A stretch of DNA of 64,000 nt, taken from positions 1,532,111 through 1,596,110 of the forward strand of contig RDEW01000002.1 in the NCBI GenBank assembly GCA_011109175.1. Reading direction: 5' to 3'. The translations under genes and the position numbers were made by a program. The stretch comes from Dicyema japonicum (Eukaryota > Animalia > Dicyemida). Below are positions 49,450 to 63,229 of this stretch, in pieces (the stretch's first letter is position 1; each line of letters begins with the position of its first letter). The notes beneath the pieces are model-generated. The model was not told where the DNA came from, made no database searches, and was given only the letters and a program-made list of their open reading frames with translations.

Positions 49450-50560
49450 GGATAATTCGCCCGATGCTATCAGTAGTGGCGGAATTGACGGTTTACGGCC
49501 TGGACGTGTAAAAGATCTCCTGAAACACTGCCGAGGAGTAACGAAACTTAATCGGATCTATTACAAACTTGGTCAACAGACTAATCAGTGGTGCCATCGA
49601 CTCTTTCGTGAAGAACCATTTCTTCACTCCTCTTTTACACACATTTGAAAAACCGAACGGTAGTATTCGTCCAATTGCCTGGAAATTTCTTCAGATATTT
49701 AGTATCAAAGATTTCAAGGTAACTCCTATGTAACTGTATGAGTGAGGAGATGTCTCCCACCCAGATGGGCGTTGGTGTCCCTCATGGATTTGAGGCCATC
49801 ATCATTCAACACGTTTGTTTGCCTTCTCCTGTAATCCCAGAGAGCGCAAACTAATTGTGAAGCTAGATATCTCCAATGCATTCAACTCCCTCAGGCGTGA
49901 TCGCATGCTGGAGTTCTGCGTTCTGAAAGCAAAATTTATGAATCTTTCTTACGGATTTGAGAGTTTGCTTGTCTTCGGTGATCATATTGTTGACTTTTCG
50001 TATAGTGTTCAAAAAGGTGATCTTCTTAAACTTTTCCATTTCTCCATTACTATTGACCACGTTAATCAGAAGATTTTGGCCCCTCTTAATATTTGGTTCC
50101 TTGACGAAAAAATGATTGTTGGGGATACCTCGATTATCGACGCTTTGGAAATCGCTATTTCTGCTCTGTTTGACCTCGGCCTGGAAGTCAATATGCTGAA
50201 GACAGAGATCATAAATGTTTGCTTTCCGCCGGACGAGTTTTCATTGTCCAATCCCACCTTGAGACCCTGTTCCCTGATGCGAGGATAATTGAGACTTCTG
50301 TTACGGTTCTCCTCTGTTGTCTTATATCTATAAGGAAAAGTCGACTCGTTCTGCCTCATGACGGAAAGACTTAAAGCTCTTAAGCATATACTGCTTTCTT
50401 AATGAAAAATAACCTTTAAGAAAGCAGTATATGCTTAAGAGCTTTAAGTCATACTGCTTTCTTAATGAAAAATAACCTTTTTGTTCTCAAGTTGAGAAGG
50501 AGCTCTGGGAGATTTCCTCGTCACACCATGTTAAACTCGACGTTCATGAGAGCAATCGAA
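49450..50560 (+). mobile_element. CRE-like RT fragment
   Basis: GGIDGLRP, KPNGSIRPIA, QMGVGV, KLDISNAFNSLRR, VQKGD, WFLDE. Confidence 0.85.
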
Positions 50561-51059
50561 GACACCTGAATCATGCTCAGATGCTAAGAGACACTTGTAA
50601 TTGCAGCGGTCGATGGTCATTATCAGGAGCTGTGAAAACCATATCTGTTCCCGAGGGCTCAAGTCATGCCGCAGTCATATTTTTAAGTCATATTTATCAC
50701 GATTTTTTACCAATTTAGAGTTTCATGAGCGATTGCGACGAAGAACGATTCTTTTTGTCACGAACCAATTCTTAGTCCTAAATATTTTTTCAATTTCCTC
50801 TGTTCAGTAGAGTCTTGATTTAAAAAAGTCAGAATGAGCTGTCAATACTCGAAGGGTTGATATTTTGAAAAAGATAAATCGAGTATTTTTATATTTAGGG
50901 TCTTTTAAGGGGGACGAGAATTTGGAGACATTAGGCGCACTAGAAATATAGTACACCATACCTGCGTTACTAAAGAAGTCTTATTTATTTAGATCCCCAT
51001 CTAGAAAGATAGATAGTCAACAGTCAAGTGATCTCAGTTTCCACAATTAACAGCACCAT

Positions 51060-51600
51060 CATACGTATGCGGTCCTCCATTGTATCCACCACTACCCCGA
51101 TCTCCTCTCGCACTTGAAATCGATTGAAAAGAAAACTGAGACCCCGTCATGCTGGCATGAACAACATTGTTATGCGAGCTCTTGAAGCGGCAGGCTTCCC
51201 GGCAGTACTGGAGCCTGTGGGATTGGACCGCGGAGATGGGAAAAGACCGGATGGGTTAACTATCTTTCTGTTCACTGAGGGAAAATCGCTCGTATGGAAC
51301 TGCACTGTTGTTGATTCTTTCTCGAACTCAATGATACTCAGCTCGACGCAGTCTGCTGAATCGGCATCCGATCTGGCCGAGAAAATCAAAATTAAAAAAT
51401 ATGGCGAAATTGGAGACCGCTACCGTTTTGTACCGGTAGCATCGAGACGTCTGATGCGGCCGGAAGTTCTACAGCCTCTTTACTAAAGGAAATCTGAGGG
51501 AAATTGGCCCACCGCAAGAAAGACGTGCGGGAAGCGGTCTGGCTGAGGCAACGAATTGGGATCGCAGTTGTCGCGGAAACGCTTACTGTTTCCGGAGATA
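51060..51600 (+). mobile_element. CRE-like RLE fragment
   Basis: [53 protein letters not shown]. Confidence 0.88.
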
Positions 51601-52144
51601 AAAAGATAAAATTAAGGAAAAAGAAACAACCAAACGAAGTGGCAACTACACGCCGAGTAATGTACTATTTTATTAAAAAAATTTAGGTTTCCCATTTTGT
51701 AAAAACATTTTCAATATCAAAAATGGGAAATCAAAGAATAAAAATCCTTTTATTTTTAGACGCGTATCTCCCCACAATATATTCTATTGTCGAACATCAA
51801 ATTATTTTTTCTTCTAAAATACGACTGCTTTAATACATCCCCTTGATACGGGTGTCATAAAAGCAATTTTACGCTTACTTTCAAGGAAGATGAGATACTT
51901 TTTAGAGTTTGCAGAATGTGAATCTAAGAAAGTTATTTAGTGATTGGAATCGTTTGGGAAAATATCAGGGAAATTTTAGTTTTTACGACACAACAATTTA
52001 TGAAGTAAATAATGATTCATCAGAATATTGATTTATAGAAGTCGTCTATCATATCGCCTCATATTATTATTTAGAAAAAAAACTATCCGACAAATAAAAA
52101 GCAGTTGAAAAACAGAAGAAAAATTACTGACTGCTTTAGGCATA

Positions 52145-52447
52145 AAAAACTGCACTTTTAGGCAGAAGCATATTAGCTATAGCTCCGCTCAGAGGACACA
52201 CAATTTATTTAAGTAAAGAACAGTTAGGATAATTAATCGTAAAGGGAGAACGAGGAATCTTCACTTTTTTTAGTTGCGTGTATGTTTTTTATAAACGATC
52301 CGGTTCCGTTCACTTATAAATGCGTCACTCGTCAAGCCAAAGCATCGTAGATGCGTGGAACCGTCAAGCGAAACCTACAGCAGCGGGATTCGGACGGGCC
52401 TTTTGCCTCTTGCCCGGAATTCGTTAAACGGTAGTGACCATATACCA
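52145..52447 (-). mobile_element. tRNA-derived SINE, copy D
   Basis: Minus-strand head GTGGTATATGGTCACTACCG...GTCCGAATCCC, core GGCTTGACGAGTGACGCA, tail AAAGTGCAG. Confidence 0.8.
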
Positions 52448-52699
52448 CAATTATCAATAATAATTTGGTTTTTTAATAAACAAAAATTTTTATTTATCGT
52501 GCTTTTTGGGGTAATTTTTAAAATTGGCCATACTTTGTAAAGAAATCAATCTTTTTTAAATTAATGCACAACGAGTGTCCTTAGAATTTATTTTAATTCT
52601 AAAAACTAGTCTTACTGGGAACTTCAGTCTTTAACTTTAAAGAGATTTCATCTCAAATTATTAGTATCTCTCTCTTTGCCTGGCCTGTTACAATGGTCG

Positions 52700-55600
52700 C
52701 TTTTATTAAATTGAAGAAGATCAAGGATTAATGTATAAAATTTTCTGTGGATAATATTGGATTCAATTTCATGGCTCAAAAAGTTACAAAAATGAAAAGC
52801 AAATCAGCCAGAGTCGGCTTACACAACTCTTCTTGTCCTCCGGGAACTAAAACGGTCAATTCTTTTCAGTAGAGAACAAGACGCCGTGCAAAGTTAAAAA
52901 ATCTGAAATAGCTAATGAACCAATCAAGAACACGTAACTGAGAGCGGATCCCATTATAGAAGCTTACGGATTCAACCAATTCCATTATGAAGTACTCAGC
53001 CTGTTTTGTACGGATTTTAATCACTTCAACTCAAGCGCATTAGAAATCGCCAATATAAAGTATCTTCACGATGAATCAGGATCTATGCGGATGAGCCACA
53101 AAAGCTCTGGTATCTTCCGTCATGAATTCTACAAGGGGTCTGATAAGATGCTCCTTTATAGAGGTTGTCGACAATGCTTGTACCCTTTGGACCGGAACAA
53201 ATACCGGTTAAGAGAAATTAATTTCGAGGTCCAGAAATTTTAATGAAAAACTAACCCATTTGGGTGGAGGACGACGACCTCCTGGATTACATCCAAAAGA
53301 TAGACTCATCCACTACAAAGGTCTCGCGAATGTTCAGAAAAGGACAGACCTTGCCAATGGCCAAAGTGTCAGTCGGACACAAGGCGGAAACCACCTCGAT
53401 AATCCGCTGTTTTCATTTTCATTGGAAGGAACATGGTCACATGCAAATGGATGCGGAGAGGACCTGATTTGTTGTAACTGCAACAAATCGGACACTTTGC
53501 ATAAATGCAAGGATGGAAGAAGTATTTCCGCTGTGTGGGAAACATATCTCTGGGTGCAAGATGGATCATGGATCGAAAACAAACTGTGTCAACTAGGATC
53601 TTCCAATAACGGGGGTAGATATGGAGGATGTCTCATGCTAGTAGACGCTAGACAAAAACTTGATACTCGCAACAATAAAACGGATGCAAGACAGATGGAA
53701 AAGACCAAAGGTGGATGCAACATGGAAGCACTGCCGAGAATAAAAATGGTCCCAGAATCGAAGGAACCAGCTGAGAAAAGTAGAAGAGTAATCGGCCCCC
53801 GCGTAATGAATCGGTTTGGCAGACCCGAAGTAACATGCCTGAAAAAATCATTGAGAAATTAGAAGATATAATTAAAAGATTAAAGAAGCTCAGTGCAATC
53901 CTTGGAGTGGATTTAAAGAAGATATTGAACCTCGAACGGAGAGTCCAGGCCAGCTGAAAAAACAATTGAGAAGAGGTCTGAAGATAGTGTTGGTGAATGG
54001 CTGATCCCTATGGAAAAGGCATCGTGTACAACACTACTTATGACAACCACCAAGATTGACGTCACTGGTGGTCAACGAAACCAAGATAAAAAAGACAATA
54101 CTACTACAACGGAGGGATACCACTTGGTAGAAATACCATGGGAAGAACTCCCTCTTCTACAGTGATGTCTTACAAGTACGGAACCCTAACATCGCCTTGG
54201 CCACGCAGTGAGAATTCGTGTCTATCGAAATCCGTTGCTGCGAATCGTAGATTAGTGTCGAGGGCAGAAACAGAGATCCACGAATTTTTTGAAAGAAACG
54301 CAATGTCTATTCTGGTGGGCGACCTAAATGTCAAGAACGTGAGTTATGGATGCTATAAAATTAATGTTGACGGCGACGCTTAAAATCTTGTCTGAGAAAG
54401 CAGGCCTTGAGGTCCTGACATCAGATGAGGCAAACCATTTCTCTTACCATGTATCAGCGCAACTGTACATTTATGTGGAGGACCAAGAACTATGTGGGAT
54501 ATCGGTAGTGACCATATACCACAAGAACTGGTCTTAAACCTTGTCCCGGATATCATCTAAGATTTCTTTATAAATATGAAATATCACACGTGGACTGAAA
54601 ACACTATCGGTGATACTAAGGAACCTTCAAGGATGGAAGGAACCTATGACAAGAAATAAAATTGAAGAAATGAGCCGAGATCTAACAAACCTGATAGTCA
54701 CATACTTACTATATGCTAGATATAGAAATTGCTTGAGAATGAAGTTAAGACGGTGTGTGGATGACGCTTACAGAACGACTTAGATTAAAAAAAGAGCCTT
54801 TGAAGAAAGATGGAAATGGCTATGGAGCACAAGTGGAGGGACGAGGCAACAAAATTGGACGCTAAAGATCCTATTTTCTGGAAAGTTTACAAGAGACTTA
54901 CAGGCCACAAGATCGACGCAGAAAGATCTTCTTGGATAATCCTGATTGGGTACGTATTCGTGGAAGAAGCCCCGGAATTCTTTAAAGACCAACTGGATAG
55001 AATTCAGAAAATCAATCCATTGTTATTAATCCCACGTGATCAGATGGATGCGTCATTATAAATCTGCAAATGCTCACTGAACGACCTCAGAGAAGTCGAA
55101 GAGAAAATCGCCCTTGAGAAGATCAAGACAGTATTTAAAGCATGTAAGGCCAATGCTCCGGGCTTCGACCTCGTCAGCATGAAAATGTTCAAAAAAGGAC
55201 CGGAGTCCTTGCAAAACTGAACGTAGTGTGCAAGATATATCCAAGGCCTTCGATAGTGTGTGAGACGAAGTCCTCCTATCAAGGTTGGTGTCTAGGATAT
55301 TCCAAGATACCTATTCGTATGGCTAAAGAATTTATAACCGACGGATATCTCAAGTACGTATTGGAGGATACGCATCCAAAGATATTTCACTCGCGAGTGG
55401 GCTCTGTCCAAAGCCCATTACTATTCAACATATTCATGTCCGACTTCCCGATCCATTGGATCCGAATTCAAAACTACTAATATATGCGGATGATATCTTT
55501 ATAATGGACATGTCTGGCAAGTCACCTTATCAGAGAGGAGGCTCAAGAAATACATTAATTACTTCCGAGACTGGTGTGATTGGTGAGGAATGGGCGAGAG

Positions 55601-56260
55601 ACTTGAGCAAGAAACTACAAGACTACTTAATCATGGAGGAGGATGAGATCCCTGTCCCAATGACACGGATAATAGAATTCAGGATTTCGCGGCTTCCGTA
55701 AAAAACGCTTGCAAATTGAAGAGATGGGGTACGTAAGAAATTTCCAGGCCGTAAAGGCAGGACTATGATGAAAACCCCTATAGCTAACTCCTAGTTACAC
55801 TTTGGTCAATTATGGTTGTTGTAGTTGAGTATATCTGATATGAATCTATTCTTACCCAAAAGATCGTCAGTCACTCAAAAATCCAGAAGGACGAAAACTA
55901 AATTTGTAAAAACATTCCTTGGATGCTACAAAGACTGTTTCTAATCAATGTAAGTCACCTTTATACGCAATACATTCGCCCGACAATTAGCTACTGCTGT
56001 GCGGCATGAGGCACAAACCTATCCTATACAAACCTAAAGAAAATCAATGTCTTCCAATAAACAGTCACGGGTGCCCTACAAAGGTTCTTCAACTCCCCAC
56101 TAATGCCAACTCCGTTCGAGGAACTTGTGAAAAGAACGAGAGCCCAATTGAAATTTCCAAAATTCCGAAGTGTCTCATTCATATAGAGAGTGCGTCGGTT
56201 TTCGGTAGGAACATCGAAAAGATGAGACATCTGTTTAAGGAAGCCGAGATCACCTGACGG
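52700..56260 (+). mobile_element. Degenerate Jockey/I-like LINE (ORF1 with zinc knuckles, APE, RT); last ~500 bp may come from a different LINE
   Basis: ORF1 remnants (VSRMFRKGQTLP, ICCNCNK..H.C, LCQL), ILVGDLNVK, APGFD.V, GSVQSPLLFNIFMSD, IYADDI, LYTQYIRPTISY. Confidence 0.75.
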
Positions 56261-56309
56261 CCTAATTCCATTTAATTTTTCCGGTGATTCTTGGTTTTAA
56301 ATAAATATA

Positions 56310-57853
56310 CAGTAAACTCTCTCAAATTTGCCATTTTGGTTCCAGCGAAATTGTGGCAAATTTGAGAATTGGCAGATTTCAGAATAAAATTTTATTTGAA
56401 TTTTTAATTAATTTATTAAAGGATAATTTTTTTTTAACTTTATTAATATTTTAAAATGAATAAAAATTAAATTAAGGCATCTGAATGGAGGAGTATCTTT
56501 TTGTTCCATTCACGGTGGAAACGTCAGGAATCCTTGGCCCCCAAGCAGATGAGTTGGTTCGTAAGATCGGCTCCATGATTCAAGCTGTGACCAAGGATCC
56601 GCGAGAGAATGGTTGGTTCCGAGAACGTATCTCGTTGGCTATTGTTAGGGGAAATAGCATGGCCATTCAGATGCCTTAATTTAATTTTTTCATTTTAAAA
56701 TATTAATAAAGTTAAAGGATAATTAAACTTTTTAAATTAATAAATTTTATTTTTAGGGAAAACAATATTTTTAACAAAGGAAACAAAAATTAATTAAATT
56801 TTATTAAAATAATACTCAATTCCTTATTACTTCTTATTAGAATTTGTAATATTTTCTTTATATCTTCTTATATAAGTAATGAATTCTGCATCATTGTCAT
56901 TTTCAATGTTTTCTAGAAAATAATTTTCAATCTCTCTTAATTTCTTGAAACATCGGGGCATTTTTGGTTTCCCGATCAATAGTGGCTTTAACTTATGTGT
57001 CCTTGACATATTGGCGCAAAGCATGACTGAAACTCTATCCTTGAAATTTTTATATCCGTCGAAAGGTGATTTGCAAATACTCCGAGAAGGAATCAATTTA
57101 TAAAATATTCCTGTCTCATCCAAATTGTAAATTTTTTCCGACGAGTAACTCTGAAACTTGCTCAAATTCTTTTAAAAATTGATCAATATCCACATGTTTT
57201 TCAGTGCGCATTTCTCCGTGTAATTTACGCATTCGAAATCCATGTTTTTTTTAAATTTGTCCAAAAACCCGTATGAATTTTTAAAATTAGTTAACGAAAG
57301 TTCTTTAGCGAAAAATTCTGCCTTATGTAATATTAGAGAATCGTTCAATAAAGCACCTTAAATGTTAGAGTAAATAGTGTACCTTTTGATTCCATTGTAT
57401 CCATCCAATCCACTAGATTTTTATCAAGCTCCGGGTATTTTAATTTTTACAAGTTTTTAGCTTAGGATTTCTGTTCTTGAACTGAAATAAAAGAGATTCT
57501 GCATTCTTTAATATTGCATTGACTGTTCTTCTTGAGATTCTCATTTTAAAAATAGAAGAAAATCTGTTGCATATCGTCTGACATGAAGCTGATTTATTGG
57601 TCTCTTTATACCGCAATATATCCACTTTTTGAGCAATTGAAAGTCTGGTGTTGCCTCCAACAGAACATTCTTACCCATGCTTGCTTTAAATTATTTAAAT
57701 TTTTTAAATTATTTTAAAAAATAAAAATAATTTTTAAAAATGTTGGCAAATTTCAGAATTGGAAAATATCATTGAAAAATAGAAAAAAATCGATAAAAAA
57801 TGGCAAATTTCAGAATTGGCAAATTTAAGAGTGGCATATTTGAGAGTTTACTG
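56310..57853 (-). mobile_element. Tigger/pogo DNA transposon (second copy, internally deleted), hosting a CRE insertion
   Basis: TA-flanked TIRs CAGTAAACTCTC / GAGAGTTTACTG; IYNLDETGIFYK, KDRVSVMLCANMS.THKLKPLLIGK; 26-nt intron at 57357-57382. Confidence 0.92.
56429..56716. mobile_element. Palindromic CRE insertion: two 3' ends joined head-to-head
   Basis: 56429-56488 is the reverse complement of 56663-56716; TTAAAGGATAATT is duplicated at 56416-56428 and 56712-56724. Confidence 0.88.
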
Positions 57854-58615
57854 TAACATTTATAAAATATAGTGGATAAAGTTATAGCATTATAGCACTT
57901 AAATTTCCCTACTTATAATGATGATTGACCGCAATGAAACCTATTTTGTCGAATACTTTCCCAACAGTATAAGTATTGAACAACAGCCACATTATCTTCT
58001 TTCGATTTGGTAAGTGTTGCTATCGTACGATCAGAAATTTTCATAAGAAAACATTTTTTGGTTTCTCTGCAATTCCTCCAAATAACCATTGCTTGGATGT
58101 TATTATTTCCGCCTATTTAATAGAATCTTCATTATTATGGTTTTGATCAATAGTTTTGGTAAACTTTTTGTTCTATTGTTTTAATAATGGACATTTTTAT
58201 TTTTTATATTATTTACTTCAAAAATATGAACTAGCATATTACCGATAAATCATTCGGGGTTTGAAGATCGCTTTCGTTTTGCACCAAACGTTTTTTAAAC
58301 CTCTGGAGCGATTGAGGTATTGGGTAAAAGTGCAGTCAGCGAAATCGGAATGTGATCACTTGCGAACGGAGATGGCTTCCACAGGATCTGAGAATAACCA
58401 TTGAACAATACCCGTTGTCCCAGTTGGAGTATGGTTTGTTACTAATATCCTTTTTTTGTCTTCAAATCAACTTCAATTTCAAAAGCAATTAATAGAAATA
58501 TTTAATTTCAAAGCAATTAATAGAAATATTTGTTTTACACAATAAAACAAATTTTATGTATTAAATAACCGCCTCATTAAGATTTCTATAAATTGGGAAT
58601 TACATACACAAGTCA

Positions 58616-60932
58616 ATGTTTGGTCTTTCGGCATTAATCAGTAGAATTAATGATTTAATTTAGTTCTTGTGCTGACGAATGAATGCTATGGAAAAGTGTA
58701 TTATTATGAATCTTATATAATTACAATGGTCATTCATACCATTTTTCAGCTATCGATACTTATGTGAATTATATATATTATCGATGTTGGTATCCACTTA
58801 GTGATAAATTTTATCCTGTCGACATACAAGATCAAAAAGAAAATGACTTAATAGCGAGTTACTCTTTAATGAAATCTTAGGTCTCACTATCAAAGACAGG
58901 ACGATTGGAGTGAAGAGATTATACTATAAATCAGATGTATTTGTTAGTCTTCACTTTTATAAACAGATTGTAATATTTCATTTTACATAGACTTACTCCA
59001 ATTTTGATACAGATAGTCCAATACCTGATGATTCGAGTGGAGTAACAATGATGGCAAGTTCTGGCAAATGGAAAGTTACAAATGGATATGATATGAAATA
59101 TTGGGTTTGTGAGTCTGGTAGTCATAAGTATGAAAATAGATAATATCTATTCAACTGGAATCAATATAACTGACGGAAAGCAGATCAACAGTTTTCGACA
59201 AATTATAAGTTTAGTACCCTACGACAGTATGGTGACCTTCAGAGGACACACATATTACATTTATAAGGCAGCCAGGGACTATGCGACAGCAAAACGAATT
59301 TGCAAATACGATCACAACGGATATATCTTCATCCCAAACGATGGAACAGAAAACTGTGCTATTCATGGTAATCTGTTAATATAAAACCATTTTAGAGTTA
59401 GTATTTTCCCGATCTTTCGTCGGGATCACACGATACGGAAACAATAATTATATGACAGAAAAAAATTATTTAGCGGTTTTTTGGAGTTCAATATTTTAGT
59501 CATACCTACCTTGGACTTCACTCAATCTCATTGATAAGAAATGCGTTGTTCGTGATTCTACTAATGGAGAATTTTCCACCATTGACTGTTCAGAATCCGC
59601 ACATATTATTTGTGAAACTGGTACTTTTAATGCAAAAAATAGATTCTGTTATTAATGGGGCAACTCCAAAGGACTGTAGTGAAAAAAATAAATTCCGTAT
59701 AATCTCAACAATTAATTTTAGACTATTTTTCTCAGATATTTTATTTCCAGAACAATTCATTTTATGTATTTGACTTCTTGTCTACTCGGGAAGAGGCCGT
59801 GAGTGTTTGTGCCATGAGAAATGCGGTTCTCTATTCTCCGTTTAATCCTATGGATAACTGTGCTGTTTTTGGTCTTAATAAAATTAAATCATAGAGAATG
59901 TCGAATTTGATGTTGGAATTTACTTTGGATCAATCTATTTTGATGGTGTGTTCATGAGAGGAGACAAGCTTGAATCCGTATTTTTTTACTTACATTTATA
60001 GAATTTTACAAACTGGGACAGGTGCTATCCCATGGAACCACAAAAATATGGATGTGTTTATGCTCAATATGCTTCAGGAAAATGGATTAACGATAAATGT
60101 CACAAGACTAGATTTATTTGTTATAAAAATGATAATAATTGTTTTATTTTTTATTCATTCTAGATAATTACTCCAATATTAACTGCACAAATAATTTTTG
60201 GCGTATAATTGTCAGTAACTATTTAGACTTTGAAAATGAGACGGCATCAATTAATATATATTCAAAAATCTACACAATGTTTGGGAGATCGTTATCTTAT
60301 CACGATTCTTCAAGACTCTGTTCTCAGTTTGGTCTCTCGATGATAAAGACGGATGATAAGAATATCTTAAATAAACTCAATCAAAGTGATCACAATCATT
60401 ATTCTAGAAATAAAACATCAAAGGTTTTTCATGGACTATAGAATTTTATGGAATGATACCACTCTCACCTGGATTGGGGATAAACCGGTTTGGTAAAACT
60501 CTGTATTATTAGGAAAGTACTCCATGGGCTCCCAACGAGCCGACCTATAATGATGATGAAATTGTTTGCATTACTGTCTCTCATAACGGATCATGGATTG
60601 CCACGAGATGTAGAGAAGAGCACATAGCAGTCTGTGTTGGATATCGTAAATAAATCATTTCTTATTCGTAGATTCTCCGTATTCTGCATCTTCAATGTCA
60701 GGTAAGAGTTTATTTTCGTGACGTATAGGTTCATCCAAAAAGAGCATGGCTATAGGAGTCGGCATCTTTTTCGCAATTGTTGGTGTTATTGCTGCTGCGC
60801 TTGGCCTCTTTATTTATAAAAGGTTTACTCAGTTAAAATAAATTTTAGAAAAAATCCCACAGCATTCAACATTAAGGCATTATTTGCGACTTTTGACACG
60901 AGGTTTAAATTTTTAATTTTTGTAGACAATGA
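58616..60932 (+). CDS. Type I membrane protein with four C-type lectin-like domains (mannose-receptor-like layout), ~18 micro-introns
   Basis: Signal peptide MFGLSALIILVLTNECYG. CTLD motifs FRGHTYY..RDYATAKRIC, NFTNW..YP....GCV....GKWINDKC...FIC, WAPNEPT...C....GSWIATRC....AVC. TM segment MAIGVGIFFAIVGVIAAALGLFIYKR. TATA at 58587. One 1-nt frameshift near 58713; exact stop uncertain (60932 or 60942). Confidence 0.85.
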
Positions 60933-61834
60933 TCTCTTCTAAAGTTTATGATAGACAACTTACAACTAACAAATTAGATTTAAATTTAATTTTATATGTT
61001 CTCGTTAAAGATAAGGGAATCCTCTCTGAATTTATTACATGGTGTGGCTGATGACTCTGATTGATGAAGGAATGACGATTAGCTAATTGGACGAAAAGAG
61101 GATATCAAGTGGATTGTCGAAAGTATTTTTAATAAAATATAGCGCTTTAAATCCTTTCTAAGAGATCATCAGTTTCCACATTTTGCAGAACTTTTCTAAC
61201 ATATGTTGCAGAACTTTTCCTTCATCCTGAGATGGGTGATGTCCATATCGTGGGCACTGATCTCAAGAGGTTCTAATACATATGTATTGAGTTTTTTTGG
61301 TTCCGATTCTTAAATCTGAGCTTTTTTAAGAGGAAAAGCTTGAGAAGGCACATTCAAGTGCTGTGTTATAAATTACTTTTTAAGAGGGTGAGAAATTCTT
61401 TAGGTTGGCCTTTTGAGTGGCCTGCATATTGGTTGTCCGCCTAGCTTGTGTTGAGATTTTCATTTTTTGAAGCAGAGACGGATTTTTGGATGGTTAGTCA
61501 AAGAGGATTTAGATGATGATCCACATTGAAGTTATAAAAAGGCTCTCCTTTGTTAAAAGTGAAATTATTCGTAGGGGAAGCATCAGGAGCCATAAGAAAA
61601 ATGATAATGACAGTGGATGATCTCTTAACCAAAAGAGTTCTTACCTGAGATTTTTAATCCTCAATTGAATATGGCCATCGTCAGAGCTGTATCATGCTTT
61701 ATTACTAAAATCTTCGTTTCTGTTTATAAATATTATTAAATTCAACTTAACTTCATGTAAAGAAACTTTACTAAATCATTATCACAAAAATAATGAATAA
61801 ATTATTTTTATGTAATTTTATGTGCCGCCTCCAG

Positions 61835-63140
61835 AAATGTCAAAAAAAGAACCGGTGACAAGGAATCTCCTGCGGTACCCCGAACGTTGTCTCGAATGGG
61901 ACAGACTCCAAATTTCCAAAACGTACACTTAACTGTGTTGTTCCAAGTAATAGACGAATCATTCTGACACTGTCCTCGTCAACCAAGTTCTCCGAGATAT
62001 CGAAAAGTCTCCCTCTGTGTATAGAGTCAAAGGCTTTGGACATGTCCGTGCCAAGGATGCCAGTAGCCCCCTTGTACTTTTGATATGTTGCACAAAGCCA
62101 TCGATGTCTCCAGACCAGATCAGCTGTAGATCTCCCTGAGCTGGATCCGCTTAGACCGTAAGAGAAAAATTTTCAATGTCAGATCCAATCCTATTCAACA
62201 CTATAAGTGATGTGTCTTGCGTAGAGTCGTCAATAGTACGATGGGTCTTAAATTCGTTAAGGGGCCTTAGCTTTGCCCGGTTTTTGTAGTGCAATTAGTG
62301 TACCATTACCCACATCCAGGGGTGAGTTGTATTTGAATGTTTTGTTGTAATCTCAGTTAATAGCTCAGAGATCTCGGTTGGTGCACATTTGAGAAGTTCT
62401 GCAATTAAGTTTTCGAAGCCAGCAGTTCTATTGTTGATTAATTTGTCCAGGGCTTTTTTGTTTCCAAAATAGTTATCTGAATATTTAGTTCTCGTGCTTC
62501 ACCATCGAATTGTTTGATGTTTTCCCCGTGGTTTTGATTGAAGGCCAGCTGAAAATGGCTAGATATGGCAGATAAAAATTCATTTTTGTCCAACATAGTC
62601 TTTCCAAACTGATCATGTATTGTGATTTTTGATGACTGCGCGTCTCTATGTAGTAGGTGGACAGCCTTGAACATCTGCTCCGTTTTTGAGCTTTCTACTT
62701 TTTAACTATTCCAACAAGTTTATTTTCCTTTATTTCCCTCGTTCTTTTTTTATGCAGGTTTGATTCCGCATGACTCTTAGAGTGTGTTCTTTTGTTTGGT
62801 AATGACAGGTTCGATTTGCAAACGTAGGTTCCTATGCAATTTTGATAGTTCTTCAAGTCGTGGTCATAGTGTCCGTTGAAATGCTTCGGTTTTACTCCAA
62901 CCGTTAAATGGGCCGAGCACTTTATTACATCGAAGGTGTCTTGCACAATCCCCAGGCATTTTTTCTTTATTCCACTGTCTGATCTTTTCTCTTAATGTAT
63001 TTTGATAGCTTTCCCGAGTCGGTCCTACCATGCAGAATTGTTCCACTGCAAACCTCCCTCAGATATCCTTATGAGCCGCTTTGGAAACCCGAAAATATCG
63101 TTTGAAAAGGAAATGTGCCACAACCAATCTGTGATCACTA
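61835..63140 (-). mobile_element. RTE-clade LINE fragment (end of APE to RT)
   Basis: SDHRLVVA, LIALQKPGK..GPL.NLRPIVLL, LGTDMSKAFDSIHR, GVPQ. Confidence 0.85.
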
Positions 63141-63229
63141 TCTACTAGTGTCCCTATTTTCAATTCAAACTTATAATTTCTTAAATTTCCTAAAATACAA
63201 CAGCACTTCATCAACCTTTAGATAAGGGG

